Shown here piece by piece: positions 1 through 11,700 of a DNA stretch of 64,000 nucleotides. Every line of letters begins with the position of its first letter. Within the stretch, counting starts at the first letter, position 1. Under the pieces are notes generated by a model that was given only the letters and a program-made list of their open reading frames with translations, ran no database searches and had not been told where the DNA came from. Source of the DNA: Vitrella brassicaformis CCMP3155 (lineage: Eukaryota > Protista > Chromerida); assembly GCA_001179505.1 (NCBI GenBank), contig CDMY01000243.1, positions 496,001-560,000 of the forward strand, read 5' to 3'. The position numbers and the translations under genes were made by a program.

Positions 1-1143
1 GTGGGCGTGGCTGGGTCCGTCGGGATGCACATCACATACGCCAAAAATGCCGAGGAGTGAGCATGAAATCCCCGAGCCCCATATTTCATGTCATTTCATA
101 CGGGTGTCTTGGTTGGTGTGTGTTCAGTCCGCTGCCCAAGTGGGTGGAGGTCTTGTTGGTGGTGTTTGGCCTCATCATGTCCCTATTTTGGATCAAAATC
201 GTGTGCGACGAGATGGGTCGGTCAGCCAGACACACCACACCACGCCACGCCACGCCACTCCTGAATGAATGGATGCATCTGTGCTGATGAATGGATGGGT
301 GGGTGTATATGCAGTTGGGATCTGCAGTCTGATAGCGCAGTTGTTGAGACTAAAACTAGCGATTGTCGGCCTCACCATCCTGGCCGTGGGTGCGTCAGCC
401 ATTGAGACACCTCTCTTGTCACTCAGCCTGGCGTACGTGACGCGGATGAGTCGATCCTTGTTTGTTGGTTGGTTTTGTAGGCAACAGCGTCGCTGACTTC
501 ATGGCCTGTCTGGCCATCGCAGTAAGCAGATGCTGACCCGCTTAAAAATGAATGGAGCACCTGTGTCTCTCCTTCGTGCTTCAGCGGCGTGGCCGTGCGG
601 CAATGGCACTGTCTGGGATCTTCGGCGGTCCAACATTCAATCTCCTCGTGGGGCTAGGTAGACAGACACCCTGCCACACAACTCACACACACTTGCACGA
701 ACTGGTGTCTGTCTGCCTCTCCGTTGGCTGGTGATAGGATTGGTGTTGGTGCTGCGCACAGTGAGGATGGAGGGCGTGCAGGCCTTCGCGATCAGCAGGG
801 CGGGGTTCATCTCCATCATGATGGCAATGACTATCGGACCAGTCACCGTCTTCATGGCCTTCATGGTGAAGAAAAGAGCCACACACACACACACACACAC
901 ACAGATTCATTATCAGTAGTGCATGCCCGTGGTGTGTGTGTGTGTGTGTGTGTGTTAGGATAAGTTTCGGTTGTATCGAAGGACGGCCATCGTGCTGCTG
1001 AGCATGTGAAAACCCCACGAATGAATACGGCCAAAGCACTGGTAGCTGTGTGTATGTGTGTGCGGGGGTGGGGTTTGTGTGCATACAGGTATCTGAGTTG
1101 GGTGACTGTGGTGGTACTTCTGTGCATGCTCAACAAGGAGTGA
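1..1143 (+). CDS. NCLX/CCX-like cation/Ca2+ exchanger, 3' part (5' end outside window, multi-exon)
   Basis: Spliced exons read ...PLPKWVEVLLVVFGLIMSLFWIKIVCDEM / AIVGLTILAVG-NSVADFMACLAIA / GRAAMALSGIFGGPTFNLLVGLG, matching the alpha-2 repeat of the CCX/NCLX subfamily. They continue DKFRLYRRTAIVLLSMYLSWVTVVVLLCMLNKE* with TGA at 1141-1143. Donors and acceptors checked are GT-AG. Confidence 0.85.
880..955. repeat. Complementary (AC)11 and (GT)12 tracts within one 93-nt intron (866-958)
   Basis: (AC)11 at 881-902 and (GT)12 at 932-955, read directly. Confidence 0.95.
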
Positions 1144-1548
1144 AGCACTCACACACGCACCCCTCCTGCCGAGGCCAGACGCGGAAAGGAGGACGGACGC
1201 AATTGAAGGCACTCATGCATTTGTTAGGACGTTTTGTATGTGTGCGACATCAGTTAGAGACGATGGACAACAGGTCGGTGCGACATGTGAGGTGATGTGT
1301 GCACTGAGTGTATCGCGTTCATTGAATAAGTAATCCATTGGCTGCGATTCCCCTCGTGTGTCTCCCCCGCCCCATCTCCCCTGATCCCCAGCCCAAATCA
1401 TACACAACAAGTAGCGAGGGCCAGCCACAGAAGGGAGCCTTTGCCCCTCCCGCGCGGCCACGTCGCACTCACTCACACACACACACACACACCCAGATGC
1501 ATGCATGTACATGGACACACCTGCTTGCTAGGGCCGTAATGAATGGCA

Positions 1549-1650
1549 AGGGTTTAGGGTTTAGGGTTTACGGCCAAACCCTAAACCCTAGGGTTTGCCA
1601 AACCCTAGGGTTTGGGCCAAACCCTAAACCCTAAACCCTCGACCCTAAAC
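1549..1650. repeat. Interstitial telomere-type (TTTAGGG/CCCTAAA) repeat cluster forming a nested palindrome
   Basis: (AGGGTTT)3 at 1549-1569 and (AAACCCT)3 at 1619-1639. Perfect 14-bp palindromes AAACCCTAGGGTTT at 1583-1596 and 1600-1613. Spacers are ACGGCC, GCC and GGGCC. Confidence 0.95.
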
Positions 1651-2099
1651 GAACAATCGATCAATGCAGAATAAACCAACCGGCATTGATTGCAATGCCA
1701 TGCACACACATGCAGACGCATGCACGACAGGCACGTCACGCATACGTAGATACAGACAGACAGACAGACAGACAGACCTACCTGTATTGTCGCGACATGC
1801 ACAAGTAAGTGACAGACAGACAGACAGACAGACTTACGGACATTCATTCCATGTAGGACACCTAAATACATACCCGTGACTGACTGACTGACAACATGTC
1901 CTGTCCGTGTGTACGTCGTGTATGTGTGTGGGTCATGCCACCGACAGCCACTCGTCCAGTTCAGGAGGATCCCCCAACTGAACGCCAGAAGCAGGGGACC
2001 TGTCACGGCCACACAACACAGAGAGAGCCATGCATGGGTCGCTCAATGTAGGTAGGTGTATGTCAGACGCTGGTTGCAGTGAGTGCAGCCCCCATACAC

Positions 2100-4686
2100 C
2101 TACAATTGGCCGAGAAGTGCGTCGTCGGTCTCCATGCCATACAGCGACGTGCCCTCACTCGCGACGCTGCCCTGGAGACACACACATACGGATGGGTGGA
2201 AGGAAGGAACACATACAGTGGTACAGTGCCAATCTCCCTCCCTCCCTCACCAGTCGTTTCGATCCACCAGTAGCAGCAGCAGGACCGTGCACATCCGTGT
2301 GCCTCTCCCTCTTCACCCCCACGTTGCCCATGTCGCCGCTCATGCCCGCCTCATCAAACAAATCGCCAAGCAGTGGGCCCGGCTGCAGCAATGGGTCGCC
2401 GTCAAACCCATACAGATCGCCATGCGGAGCGGCCGAGAGTGAGGGATGGCAGAGAGGTGGTGGTAAGATGTCCTGTGCGTCATCGGTCGTCAGGTCCAGT
2501 GGGTCGCTCAGGCTGTTGGCAAAGGGCAAGGCGCCGGGGAACACGCTCTCGTCAAAGCTGTTGACACGGTCGTACTCCACGCTGCCGATGTCGTGAGTGA
2601 TTCCCTCGTCTTGCTCTTGCCGGTGGCCACACAGCGATGCGGCTGCTTGTGAGGCGACAAAGTAGCTGTCCTGTGGGAATGATGCGTATCGGGCGACGCC
2701 ATCGACCCGCCGACCAATGAGTGGGAGCACCCCCTTTGTGTCGAGAGTCGCCGTGCGGACCGACGGCTGGCCGTCGCCCCTCGTGTAAGGCGGGGGCACC
2801 GATGGAGCACGCAGACTGGAACCTGAGCGGATTGTCGATCGAGATTCATGGACACAAACAAACCAACGCAGAGAAAAGCCAGCCAGCTGATTCACTCATT
2901 CATTCATCAATCCCTAGATTGTACATGCATTGCAATGCTTTGCTCAGCTCACCCCTCCTGCGTCGTTTGATGTCTTGTTCGTCGCTGGCCTCCCCGCTGC
3001 CGCTCCCGTCGCTCTCATCGCCACTCCCATCGCTGCCACCGCCACCAAACCCTTCATCCCCATGACCGTGGCCGCCTGACACGCGCGGGGAGAGTGATCG
3101 CGACACCCCACCCAAGGTCATGATGGGTGGGGGCGGCTCCAGTGTCAGCGGTGTGGTGGCTGTGCGGCGAGCGGGGCGCCGATCGGACGGAGAGGGGGAG
3201 AGGGTGGAGGAGGGGGATAGAGGTGGGGGCTTGCATGAAGGCACAGGGACTGTGAGGGTGTTGGGGCTCTTGGGTGCGCGGACGCGCTTGTAGTGGGCAC
3301 ACTTGACCATACCACGGCTGCGCAGCAACTCCTCGGGGGCTGGTGGGCAGGAGGCAAGAAGGGCAGAAGGAAAGGACACGAGGGGCAGGCGAACAAACGA
3401 TCTCTTCATCCCTTCATCATGTGTCTGTCGTGGATGTGATTGATGTGTGTCGGGTTTGCTTGCTTACTTCTGCTGGGAGTCCATGTGCGTTTGCGGATGT
3501 TGACGAACCAGTCCTGCAGCTGCTTCTTGGTCAGACCTGCGAATGAATCGAAAACACAGACAGACGGACGTCCCACAGACACACCATACATACTTCCCTC
3601 GTACAGTACCTGCCCACCCAGCCACCTGTCATCCCGCCCACTCACCCGTTTGTTTCATGAGGCTTTGTTTCTCGTCGTCAGTAGGGTAGGGGTGCTCTTC
3701 ATGCTCGTCGAACCACTGACGCAACACCGCCGTGGCCGCCCTCGGCAGACGACGAGAGTTTCCCTCATCAACTGCACACACCCAATCCAACCAACAAACA
3801 ACACACGACAGGCAGGCAGGCAGGCAGGCGAGAAACCCCCATTGATCTTCGCTGTCCATGACATGACAAGTGTGGTGTCTGTCTGTCTGTGCGTGTGTGT
3901 GACGTGCCCGCCACCCCCACCCACCATATGTGTCGGCCCGTTTGTTGGTCTTCCATGGATGGAGTGGCGATGCGCATCCCTCTGAGAGGAAGGGCGACAC
4001 GGGCAGGTAGGGCGAGCTGGGGGGAGCCGGCGACGCCTTGCTGCCGATCCTGTCAGTGCTACCCACCGGGTGGTCCTTGGTGATCTGCACCGTCACGATT
4101 GGCCGCCTCTGCGCCAGCTTTGATGACACGCCCTCCCGCGCAGTGGACGACCCACGCTCCGTCTTGCTGCCGGTGCCCCCGGGGCAGCTGGAGGTGGCGA
4201 CCAGCGGGGAGCCAAAGGGGCTGCCCGACGGTCCGGCAGCAGCAGACAGGCTCGGAAGCGACAGAAACGGCAGTAGCGGCACCTTGTGATGGGGCTTCGG
4301 CGGCTGCTGTGCGGTTTCCTGTTCCTCTTGTCCGAGGTTGGGAATGGGCACTGCTGGTGGCGGCGGGGACATGTTTGTGGCACCATTGATGCACAGGGCG
4401 GCGAGGGAGGCAGAGACCTGGCCCAACAAACTATCATCTGCACACACACACAGCGGACAGGCACACCAACAACAACGGTACGGTGCAGTCAGGCAGCCTG
4501 AGGGCGCGTGCCTGACATACCATATTGGGCCGCATCGGGTGCCCCATCGTTGCCCGTTTGCTCCTGCCGCTGCTGACGCACTCGCTCAATGATATTGACG
4601 ATAGCTTTTGCTGCCTCCACCGGGCTGGACCGCACCAAGCTGTCGAATTTCGACTGGAAGTCACTCCCGCCCTCCTCCCCCTCCAT
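2100..4686 (-). CDS. TALE-class homeodomain transcription factor (7 exons, about 634 aa)
   Basis: Exons 4686-4521, 4437-3925, 3771-3646, 3536-3468, 3339-2953, 2822-2251 and 2171-2100 are all GT-AG and sum to 1905 nt. Homeodomain RRLPRAATAVLRQWFDEHEEHPYPTDDEKQSLMKQTG-LTKKQLQDWFVNIRKRTW has the TALE HPYP loop and WFxNxRxR. The rest is Pro/Ser-rich and low complexity. Confidence 0.9.
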
Positions 4687-4771
4687 GCTCCTCCTCTCGC
4701 AGGGCAGACTGAGTCAGATCTTTCGCTTGAGGGCTGCTAGCTTAGCTCGCACAAGTTCAGCACTCTGTGAA

Positions 4772-6001
4772 ATGAAGTTCTGGGAGGCAGGCGTGCTGCT
4801 TGCCGCCTTGCACAGCGCCGCAGCATTCGTGATCCCATCCTCCAACACACTGCGGCCATCCGGCTCGAGGCGGCGGCCGCTCGAGCGATGGCGAAGATCC
4901 ACCGGCCTGTCCCCCTCCCCCAGGACCCCCCTTGCAGATGATGCAGCCACAGATGCAGGTGGCGACCCGTCCATGCCCCTCACGTCCCTTGCGGCGACGA
5001 AGCGCACAGGGATCTTTGTGCCGCCTGATGTGGCCTCGTACGCCCTGTGCAACATCGAGCACCAGACCACATGGGAGAACACGGAGGAGCCCATCTGGAC
5101 GATATTCGAGGCGTGGCTGCCCGGCATCAAGCAGGAGGAGATCGACGTTATGTTCATCAAGTATGGGGACGACCCAGGGCCGATGATGGTCATCAACGCG
5201 CCAAAGAACAACCTGGTCAAGAAGTGGGAGTATGACAACTTTGTAAGCCGATCACATCACACATGCCGTACGAGTACGGCAGGGAGAGGGCAAATGGCGT
5301 GGTGCGGGGCGGGCATGGTGGGTTCTGTGTTTGTGTCTGTGTGTGGTGTGTGTTCTCAGAGCAAAGCACGTCGGAGGATCAACGCTGAGAACAGGGATCG
5401 AGTGCAGCGGGCGTACCGATTCCTTCCGTAAGGCATCCATCACATACATCAACACAGCGCGCCATGCCACGCACGCACACCTTCATGCACTCAGCATTCC
5501 ATTCATTCATTCCTTGTGTGTTCGCTTTGGTTGTTCAGTTGGGTGCAGCTGAGCGAGGCGCAGGTGTCTTATGCGAATGGCCTTCTCCGCGTGTGGGTGC
5601 CTTACGACACCGAGGAATACGCGTACGTCCCCCCAGACGACCTCCCGTACTTCCCTGAAATACTGGGTCGGTGGGTGACCATGGACACCAAAGACAGACA
5701 ACACAACACCATTGGCCGCCATTGCAAAGCTCTCACTCTCACTGTGTGCGTGTGTATATTGCTCATTCATTCAGATGAGCACCCGGCTCCCCCCGCCACG
5801 CCCACCCCGAAGCCCATCGACCCCGATCACTACGGTCAATATCATGACCTGATCAAGCCCTACGTCGAGAGAGCGAAGAAGGCAGGGAAGCAGATCATCA
5901 GGATCCCGCGCACCGACCTGCCGCCAGAGCTGGTGCACCTGGAGGACAGGGGGGCGCCCGTCTATGAGGGAATGCGGGACAGGGGCACGGGAAAGCTGTG
6001 A
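4772..6001 (+). CDS. Small heat-shock protein (HSP20/alpha-crystallin domain) with signal peptide and transit-like leader (4 exons, about 297 aa)
   Basis: Exons 4772-5242, 5360-5427, 5539-5666 and 5775-6001 sum to 894 nt. The N-terminus MKFWEAGVLLAALHSAAA-FVIPSS is followed by an Arg/Ser-rich stretch. AWLPGIKQEEIDV and AQVSYANGLLRVWVP match the alpha-crystallin domain motifs. Confidence 0.75.
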
Positions 6002-6264
6002 TGATGGATGGGACTGTGGCTGAGTGGGAGGGAGATTGATCGATGACAATGTGTCTGTCGATTGCGATGCATGACAGTACTGACTGATGGCTGGATGGAC
6101 TTGTGGGCTTTGTTGGTTGGCCTCGATGAGGCGAGGCGGCTGGGTCGTTTCAACTGCATGATGCGTTTGAAAGCTGCGAAGACCATCATGTCACATCATC
6201 CAGCGAGATGCCTTCATGGCTTGTCACCTGATTTACGTGCGTCGAGAATCGCGGTTCTTTATGA

Positions 6265-6292
6265 TTTGAGGGTTTAGGGTTTAGGGAAACCC
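6265..6292. repeat. Short interstitial telomere-type repeat
   Basis: TTTGAGGG-TTTAGGG-TTTAGGG followed by AAACCC. Confidence 0.85.
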
Positions 6293-6294
6293 AG

Positions 6295-7860
6295 TTTCCG
6301 CTCCACCTAAGCCACTGAGGGCCAACTTGAAGACGTCAACCGGATCAGCGAGTCCACCGCCCCTCCCACCCGACTCCCCTTCATCAGAACTTAACGGCAC
6401 CCACCCATCCCACACATCGCCGGGCCCCCAACTGCCCGGTGGCTCACCAACTCGAGAGAAGGAGCCCTCTTCCACCTTCAAGACTAAGAAGACCAACAAA
6501 GGCACTGACGTCCAAGCCAAGGAGCGAAAGTCCTCGCCCAGCCTCTTCAAATCAGCAGCCAAGAAGCTGGTCCAATATCAGAACGCCGGCCGTCTCGAGG
6601 AATGGAGCTACAAAGAAAAGGAATGGCAGTTCAAGGGGCACACGTCATTCCTGTGCCTCGAGAAGATACCCGAAGATGCCGAAGTCAGCCTACAACAAGC
6701 CGGGTCACAATACCGCGGCCCAAAAGAAGAGAAAGAAGAAGGTGACTATTGCTCTTTTTCTCCGGGCCAGTACATTCATTTGCTGCCTACTGCAGACTCG
6801 TCAAGCAACCGAAGCAGCAGCCCCCGGTAGACAACTGTGAGTTTGCATCAGATCCACATGCCCGAAGAACATCAAGACTCTCAAGCAGAAAAGGTAAGCA
6901 GCGCCAGCCTGGACAGATGAATGTTGCACAATATATGCGTTCTTGCAGTTCGAGGACCAAAAGAAGGAAGAGGTAAAAGGCACCACCTGTCCTGCCTGCA
7001 AACCTAGTGATTGCTGTTCTGCGACATGCACTTATCATGGATCGTGGCTTATTCACGTAAGCCCACATACCATCGGAAAAGCACAATGCATTTATACCGG
7101 CCGCCCGTCGGTCCTGGGATGTCTGCTGAGCTTACAGGAACTTGACATGAACCAGGCGGAGCTCGAATTCGAAGAGGAGCTGCTTCAGGAAACGGGTGTG
7201 TTGCGCCGTCATACTGGTCTCACGTGTGAATGTCGAAATATCAGGTCATGAGCTATCCACTGACCCTAGCGCGTCAAGAAAACCACAACCAACCCGACCG
7301 AGCGCCCACCAGTGAGAAGTAGCAGAAGACCGCGAGAGAGGTGACACAAGCCGCAGTACACAAAAAACACGGAACATATTGACCGACGAATCACCCACCC
7401 GTCAGCATTGTTTGCTTGCCGTACTCACTTATCTGCCTATCTACGTCAGATCGTCGGCCTAGAAGGAAGAGCTCCAACAACCTGCCACGTGTTCGAGACG
7501 AGAGCAAGAGGCGGCCGAGCCGCAACAGACTGCCAAAGAGAGATCGAGACCACAGAGACACAGGTCAATCAAAGGCTGACATCCATATGTACAGGGGCTG
7601 GCATGCTCTTCTATGTGCTATGCATGCTGTGCAGGTCGCTTTGATCACCAAGGGCCTTTGGTGCCGCGTGTGTCGACAGGAGGGACTCTCATGTTTCAAG
7701 CCGTCACCCACCGGTGGTCGAATTGTGTCTCTGTGCTCTCTCCCCTTTTCAGCCTCTCATCGGTGCCTACATTTTATATATAGAGAGAGACATCGGACCG
7801 CATGAGACAGCCGCCGCCAAGAAGACCGCCGCACAGGACAGAACCGATGAGACATATGAG
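6295..7860 (+). CDS. Hypothetical low-complexity Pro/Glu/Lys-rich multi-exon protein (model uncertain)
   Basis: The frame is open from 6285 to 6830 with no ATG. Short AG/GT-bounded segments follow (IHMPEEHQDSQAEK, FEDQKKEE, ELDMNQAELEFEEELLQETG). No recognisable domain; start and stop unresolved. Confidence 0.3.
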
Positions 7861-8745
7861 GCCTTTACGTTGTCTCTTTTCAGCCTCTCACCTGCCCACA
7901 TTTTATCGTGGACAGACATACTATTGTATTACCGCGATCCCGCCAGATTATATCGTGGATGGCTGAGAGCATAGCTGTCAATGGATAGATGTCATGCACG
8001 TGTGCACGTGCAAGAATGAGTCAGAGGTGGATTGAAGCTGGTCGTGATTCACACATACATGAAGCAGTGTCTCCTTCGTCTCCCCTTTGCACGTCAACAG
8101 GTGCACCCAAGATGAACACGCAAACACACGACAGACCGACTTGTCTGCCTGTCTGCCTGCCTGGGTCACTCAGTGATACTCATGATCAGTGATCGGTCAA
8201 GCAAGCCCCAAGCCCCACGAAGTGTGTGTGTGTGTGCGATAGGTGGTGTGTGTGAGACGGAAAGGGCGACAGAAAGATCCCCAAAAGCGACCAACAAGCA
8301 AGTGTAAGTGACAAGGAGCAAGTGCACCGATCAGGGGGAGCGCGGCAGGGAAAAACCTGCTGTCCAAAACAATGATGTACTGCACATGCCCCGACTCATG
8401 TATGCCGCAAGCACAGCGGCCGAAGCGATAAACACGGGCATGCATGTGGTGTCCCCGGAACAGTGATAAAGAGACGCAGTTCTCAGCCCCAACTGCCCCT
8501 ACCCCCTCGGAAAAATACGCTGACGCTGGCTTGCCCGCCAACATATAGGCAGCAGGTGGGCAGCTGGCTACGTGAAAACTACTGGCCCTCAACACATGCA
8601 AAACATGAACCACACGCACACAGCATAACAAATACGGGCCGGCCGTGTCAATGGGTGGATGTGTGGATGTGTGAGCCCAGTGGAGTGCAGTCTAGCTACC
8701 CTGGTGGTATGAACAATCGGTTGGTCGGCCGGATGAAAGGATGGA

Positions 8746-11700
8746 TCATACTTCTGTGCCGATGTCGAGGATCATGGCGCATCCCGCCAGGATCCACTTG
8801 CCAGGGGGGGCTCGGGTGCGCAGCTGGGCATTGAACACATAGGTCGCCCCACGCATGGTCGTCTTGTACACAGGACACGTGTACACGTTCTTCTCTGAAT
8901 CAACAACACATAAAAGGGACAAACGGGTGAATGTTTACACACCTCGATTCGTCTCGCCCAGCCTAGGCGTGTCTCTGATTCTCAGTCCACTATTCTGTCA
9001 GTATGCAGTTTGCTGACCTTCCTTGCCGCTCTCCAGCTGAGCCTGGAGAGAGAGAGAGAAAGAGGAAGAGACGCACGAAGATGTACCCATGGCCACGTGT
9101 CTGTCCTTGACTTGTGTACAGGTACCTTGCAGTTGATGACGGGCATTGGGAAGAACATCTCCTTCGGCTTCGACTCCTCGAGCTGGTTGTTGGAAACATC
9201 CCACCTGGCCCCCTCGAGGAACAGCCCCGCCACATAAGCGCCGTCCCTTGCCGCGGCCTCGATGGACTTGGGGTCCCTCTTGGTGACGTCGGTCAGAATG
9301 AGCAGCTTGTTGAGCTCCAGAGACTGCTGCTGGGACGTCACCTGCTTGATGGCCGTCAGGAACGACTGAGGGTTGAACAGCTTCGACAAAAACACAACCT
9401 GAGGGAGTGGGGGAGACATCAATCCGTTGACACAATGTCAGAAGGTGCGTGTTTTCCTGAGGATTGGTTGAAGTACCTTAGGGATTGATGTAGGTTCGTT
9501 GGTCCACTCGTTGAGCTGCTCTATTCTCTCCTTCAGGTTGGCGAGCCACGAGGCCAGCGGCCGAGTGGAGGGGAACGCCAACTATGGATCAGATGGATAT
9601 GGGACACACAAGTGCGCATCAAAGATGAAAGGGTGCACGTGTGCAGATACATACCTTTTCCCAGGACTTGGGAACTTTGTCCATGAATAGAGCATCGATG
9701 AGGTCCTCCATAGCGTCGCTCATGGTGAGCTCGCCCTTGAGGCCCAGCTGCAGCTCCTGCAGCGAGCGGAGCATCTCCTCCACCAGCAGATTCATATACT
9801 GACACTCCTGAAACAACACACAGCACACCAAGAGGAGACCCAGACGTGCGTTTTCAACCTTTCTCTACGTTTCAGCCGACCTGTAGGAAGACATATTGGT
9901 ATGGCCCCTTCTCTTCGTCCGGTATGGATCTGCCGATGTCCTCCACTTGGAACTTGACGTCCTTGAGATCGTCCACGATTTCATTGCATATCTGTTCCGC
10001 CCTCCCCTGCACCGACTGTCCACCCCCCCCTTCCTCGCCCCCGGTGCCGCCCCGTGGCTGCAGTTGCATTAGCATGCCGAAGAGGTCTTGGCACTGCTGA
10101 GTGCGGAAGCCGATCTCAGCGTTGGGGTGCAGCCCGTAGGCCAGCGGCGTCTCGCCTGGGATGGACTCAAGGTGCTCCACATACCTATAGGCAGGCAGAG
10201 AGGCAGAGGCACAGCGCTCATAGAGTCTGTAGGGTGTGCTGACTGACTTCTCATATCCCGCCGGGAGCGGTGATCTGAATGACACTCCCTTGCCCTCACA
10301 GAAGGGGAACATCTCTGACTCGTCCAGCAACTCGTCCTACGAATGCGCACCCATCCCGCTCGCAAGCGGCGTGTCATGTCTCTGCTCGGCGATCATTGTT
10401 TGTACCCAGCTTAGCTGACCTACCTGCATGAAGAACTCCAGGTATGAGTTGCAGAGGAGGCGATCTCTGGCGTCGACAATGTGGCCGCCATACATGATCT
10501 CCCCGAAGATATACCTTCATAAGCAATTCAGCCGTGTGGGCAGACACAATACGTCACGTGCACAAAATGAACTGAGGGCGCAGACCTGAGATCGTCCCAT
10601 GGGACCTTGGCTGGCTGTTGCTGCTCCAGGTAGTTGAAGAGTACGGTGGCTGAGTCCCTGAGGTCGCCGATGGAGAAGGGGTAGTTCATATTCCATCCCT
10701 TGGGGCCGAACTTCTTCCTCTCCAACATAATGGCGTGGAAGAAGCACAGCCCGAACAAGATCGACTTGACCTTGGAGTCCCTGTCGTCAAAATCCTCCTT
10801 GGAGAAGAAAGCGAAGGCACGCTTCAAGTTGGCCTTGAGGCCCTGTGGCGGCTCGTTTGTCAGCTTGATCGACCGCTCCAGGATGCCGATGGGGATGTAG
10901 TTGCAGGGGTCCGATGACAGATAGCACCTGAAGTTGGGATGCGAGCCCTCGACAGCGAACGAGTCGAGCTTCTTCTCGAGCTCGATGAGCCACTTGGGCA
11001 TCAGGTGGATGTTCTGCAGCATTACCCAGTGGCCCTCCTTGTGACCCAAGTGCAGCTTGGCCATTGCAACCACATCCTGACCCTGCCCCATGGCGACGTT
11101 GTGGAAGTTGACTCCCGGTGTGATGCCGTAGTTCTTGCGGCCCATCGACTCCACCTCCTTGACGGGGTCGGCACCCGGCGACAAGATGAAGAAGATCGGC
11201 GTGGTATCGGTCGAGTCCTTGAACGAGCTCATCAGCACGTCGGCAAACGACGAGCTGGCGTCGCAGTCCATGAAGTCGGCGCCGTTGGGCAGGATGTTGC
11301 GGATATAGTCGGCCACGGCGATAGTCATACGGTCCGGCCTCAGGCAGCGCAGCACAAGGAGTTTCTGGAAGGGCTGGTTGTCGAGTTTCTTCCAGTCGAG
11401 GGGCAGCTTGACCTCCTCAGGGGTCATCTCGTTGAACCACTCCTTGAATCGATTCGGTGCATCCTTCTCCATGTTGACGGCGAAGCTGTCAAAGCCTGGC
11501 AGCTCTATCAGCTTCTGCACGGCGTACCACGCGCTATTGGGCAGCCAGTCGGACAGGGGGTTCTCCACATCGGGCTTCATGGGGCCACGCAGCAGGAACT
11601 GGAACTGTTCGGCGTCATAATCGTCGGCCAGCTGGCCCCGCTGCAGCAGGCGGAACGTGAGGAGGGCGTTGAAGATGAGTTTGTGCCTCTCGAAAAGGCC

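Noticed and set aside
4690-4705. Acceptor-like CTCTCGCAG upstream of the sHSP ATG as a sign of spliced-leader trans-splicing
   Set aside because: No spliced-leader sequence was seen in the window, and such short pyrimidine-CAG strings are common.
8197-8631. 144-aa minus-strand ORF downstream of the dynein stop
   Set aside because: Composition reflects GT repeats, there is no domain, and it most likely lies in the dynein 3' UTR or intergenic DNA.
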